Of a stretch of DNA of 56,957 bases, positions 54,348 through 56,957 are shown piece by piece; the stretch's first letter is position 1, and each line of letters begins with the position of its first letter. Below the pieces are notes generated by a model. It saw only the letters and a list, made by a program, of their open reading frames with translations. It did not search any database and had not been told where the DNA came from. The stretch comes from a virus (Duplodnaviria > Caudoviricetes): the IMG/VR virus record IMGVR_UViG_3300010399_000043, positions 1-56,957 of that record; one strand, written 5' to 3'. Both the position numbers and the translations under genes were made by a program.

Positions 54348-56333
54348 ATGTCCACGATTCCTGCAAGTGAGATCGTCCAGGTCAACCCGGCCGTGCTGCC
54401 CGCGGGCGGCAGGGCGCTTGACATCAACGGGGTGATCCTCACCCACTCCACCCGGGTTCCTGTCGGGGCCGTCCAGCCGTTCGCGACCGCGGACGACGTC
54501 TCCGACTACTTCGGCGGTTCCTCCCAGGAGGCGGACCTCGCCGACAACTACTTCAACGGCTTCGAGAACAGCTCGATCAAGCCGGCGCAGCTGTTCTTCA
54601 CGCAGTTCAATCCTACCGCCGTCCCCGCCTACCTGCGCGGCGGCACGATCTCGGGCATCACCCTGCAGCAGCTGCAGCTCCTGTCCGGTACCCTGATCCT
54701 GACGGTCGACGGATACCTGCGCACGTCGGCCTCGATCAGCCTCGCCGCGGCGACCTCGTTCTCGTCGGCTGCTGCCCTGATCCAGGCGGGCTTCGTCGGC
54801 ACCGAGCCGACTGCGGCGACTGTCACGGGTTCCATCGGCCCGGGCACCGCATCCCTCAACGGGTACATCGACGGCAACATCCTGACGGCGACGACCGTCA
54901 CCGGCACCCTGCGCGTCGGCGGATCGGTCGGCGGTTCAGGCGTCGCCGCAGGCACGCGCATCACCGGGCAGCTGTCGGGTGTTGACGGGGCGGCCGGCAC
55001 CTACGCTGTGTCGATCTCGCAGACCGTCGCCGCGACCGCGATGACCCTGACCTTCGGCATCCTGACGGTCGCGTCTGTCGCCTCGGGCTTCGTCGACACC
55101 GGGCAGACGGTGACCGGGACCGGCGGCGGCGGTGTGACGGCCGGCACCATCATCACGGCCGGCCTGTCGGGAACCGGCGGCACCGGCACCTACATCGTCG
55201 CACCCTCGGGCACGGTGTCGAGCACGACCCTTGTCCTGAAGGCGACCTCGCTGACGGTGACCTACGACAGCACCAGCAACTCCTTCCTGCTGACCTCGGG
55301 TGTGTCGGGCGCCGCCTCGACCGTGACCTTCGCGACAGGGACGCTCGCCGCAGCGATCAACTTCACGCAAGCCGAGGCCGCCGTCCTGTCCCAGGGTGCC
55401 AACCCGGCGATCCCCGGCACGTTCATGGACGCGATAACCGACGTCACCCAGAACTGGGCGACCTTCATGACGGCCTTCGACCCTGACAGCGCCTCCGGCT
55501 TCAACACCCAGAAGCTGCTGTTCGCGCAGTGGACCGCTGAGTCCAACAATCGCTATGCCTACGTGTGCTGGGATCCGGACGAGGGCCCGACAGGGACCAA
55601 TCCCGACGTCGCCTCCCTCGGCTGGCTGCTCAATCAGTCGAACTCGTCGGGCACCTTCCTGTTCGGTCAGGGGGTCGGGGCCAGCAACGGTGCGGGTGAC
55701 GCCGTTCCCGTCACCGCGAACTACGCGGCCTTCATCTGCGGTGCTGCCGCCTCCATCAACTTCGAGCAGTTCAACGGCCGCACGACCTTCGCCTTCCGCA
55801 TCCAGTCCGGCCTGTTCCCGACGGTCACCGATGCGACCAGCGCGAACAACCTGCTGCAGAACGGGTACAACTACTACGGCGCCTATGCCACCGCGAACGA
55901 CGACTTCATCTGGGTATACAACGGGCAGATCTCGGGCGAGTTCCTGTGGATGGACTCGTACATCAACCAGATCTGGATGAACAACGCCTTCCAGCTGGCA
56001 CTGATGGTCCTGCTCAAGTCGGCGAAGTCGATCCCGTACAACACGGCTGGCTACTCGCTGATCTCGGCTGCCCTTCTCGACCCGATCCTTGCCGCTGTCA
56101 ACTTCGGCGCGATCAGGCCGGGCATCACTTTGTCCGAGTCGCAGGCGGCGCAGGTCAACAGCCAGGCGGGTGTGAAGATCGACGATATCCTGAACAGGCA
56201 GGGCTGGTACCTGCAGGTCCGCGACGCCAGCCCGCAGGTCCGGCAGGCCCGCGGCACCCCGCCCTGCACTTTCTGGTATATGGACGGGCAATCGGTTCAG
56301 AGGATAGTCTTGGCGTCCATTGAATTGACTTGA
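54348..56333 (+). CDS. tail sheath protein (DUF3383)
   Basis: IPAS.IV.V.P.VL..GG, YF.GF.NS..KP..L.F, TQNWATF, YN.YGAYA, W.DSY.NQIW, IPYN..G, FWY.DG.S. Confidence 0.88.
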   Translation: MSTIPASEIVQVNPAVLPAGGRALDINGVILTHSTRVPVGAVQPFATADDVSDYFGGSSQEADLADNYFNGFENSSIKPAQLFFTQFNPTAVPAYLRGGTISGITLQQLQLLSGTLILTVDGYLRTSASISLAAATSFSSAAALIQAGFVGTEPTAATVTGSIGPGTASLNGYIDGNILTATTVTGTLRVGGSVGGSGVAAGTRITGQLSGVDGAAGTYAVSISQTVAATAMTLTFGILTVASVASGFVDTGQTVTGTGGGGVTAGTIITAGLSGTGGTGTYIVAPSGTVSSTTLVLKATSLTVTYDSTSNSFLLTSGVSGAASTVTFATGTLAAAINFTQAEAAVLSQGANPAIPGTFMDAITDVTQNWATFMTAFDPDSASGFNTQKLLFAQWTAESNNRYAYVCWDPDEGPTGTNPDVASLGWLLNQSNSSGTFLFGQGVGASNGAGDAVPVTANYAAFICGAAASINFEQFNGRTTFAFRIQSGLFPTVTDATSANNLLQNGYNYYGAYATANDDFIWVYNGQISGEFLWMDSYINQIWMNNAFQLALMVLLKSAKSIPYNTAGYSLISAALLDPILAAVNFGAIRPGITLSESQAAQVNSQAGVKIDDILNRQGWYLQVRDASPQVRQARGTPPCTFWYMDGQSVQRIVLASIELT

Positions 56334-56347
56334 CCGATCCTGGCGAC

Positions 56348-56376
56348 ACGGTCCTCGGTTGATAGCCGAGGACCGT
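56348..56376 (+). other. 11-bp perfect hairpin between sheath and tube genes
   Basis: ACGGTCCTCGG-TTGATAG-CCGAGGACCGT, no U tract. Confidence 0.7.
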
Positions 56377-56420
56377 AACTACACCCGCAGCAAATAACCT
56401 CCTAAGGGAGTCACACGGCA

Positions 56421-56870
56421 ATGGCTGGTAGCATCACGTCTGTCAACTCGGTGATCTCTATGTCGGTCACCAACCTGTTCGCGGCGCCGCAGGTTCTGCA
56501 GGGCTACTCCGCGGACGATATCTTCACCAACGAGGCGATCGACGCGGCCGAGACGATGATGGGCCTCGACGGCAAGCTGGCGGCGGGATTCGTTCCGTCG
56601 GCCGTCACCCAGAACTACGTTCTGATGGCGAACAGCCCGTCCCTTCCCTTCTTCGACGAGTGGTACCGCGCGATGAAGGAGACGAAAGACGTGTTCTTCG
56701 CGCAGGCCGTTATCGTGCTTCCCTCGGTGTTCATGAAGTACACGATGATCAACGGCGTGCTGCGCAACTACCCACCGCTGCCCAACGCCTCGCGCACCCT
56801 GCGCCCGCGCACCTTCACCATACAGTGGGAATCTGCCGATCCGCAGGTGATCGCGGCAGGGGCTGCGTGA
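56421..56870 (+). CDS. tail tube protein
   Basis: SITS.NS......LF..PQ.LQGYSADD.F...E..MG.DGKL.AGFV; directly after the sheath gene. Confidence 0.8.
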   Translation: MAGSITSVNSVISMSVTNLFAAPQVLQGYSADDIFTNEAIDAAETMMGLDGKLAAGFVPSAVTQNYVLMANSPSLPFFDEWYRAMKETKDVFFAQAVIVLPSVFMKYTMINGVLRNYPPLPNASRTLRPRTFTIQWESADPQVIAAGAA

Positions 56871-56874
56871 TCTC

Positions 56875-56957
56875 ATGCGCAAGGCCGAGATCGTACAGAT
56901 CGACGAGGGGTCGCGGGAGACGAACCGCGACTTCGGAAAGAAGTTCCTCCTCACCGA
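56875..56957 (+). CDS. tail assembly chaperone, partial
   Basis: MRKAEIVQIDEG...NRDFGKKFLLT after the tube gene; runs off the right edge. Confidence 0.55.
   Translation, partial: MRKAEIVQIDEGSRETNRDFGKKFLLT

Noticed and set aside
1-56957. tRNA or rRNA genes
   Set aside because: None recognised by eye; a tRNAscan-SE run would be needed to exclude them

Overview
GC-rich tailed-phage (myovirus) DNA, probably infecting an Alphaproteobacterium (inferred from the Rhizobiales-type XRE regulator). The left arm (1-11.8 kb, minus strand) holds an operon of small unknown ORFs, a ~1 kb repeat-rich non-coding region, SNF2 and DnaB-like helicases, GIY-YIG and HNH nucleases, QueE and XRE regulators. The right arm (12.2-57 kb, plus strand) holds a class-III aminotransferase, a NusG/RfaH-like antiterminator, terminase, DUF1073 portal, MuF, DUF2213 protease/scaffold, decoration, DUF2184 capsid, neck, DUF3383 sheath and tube genes. 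Standout observations: (1) five type II hammerhead ribozymes with covarying pseudoknots sit at gene junctions of the small-ORF operon (424-2322, minus), each directly before a shared RBS; (2) the portal is a 1186-aa polyprotein carrying ParB-like, GNAT and topoisomerase IB modules, each introduced by a repeated xxDS-FKES(D/E)HPR-GKF tag; (3) a ~16.7 kb nucleotide-sugar biosynthesis/glycosyltransferase region splits the neck genes; (4) a multi-hairpin candidate ncRNA lies upstream of the HNH gene; (5) an ops-like site with a GNRA hairpin follows the NusG paralog. All family assignments come from motifs recognised by eye; no database searches were run.
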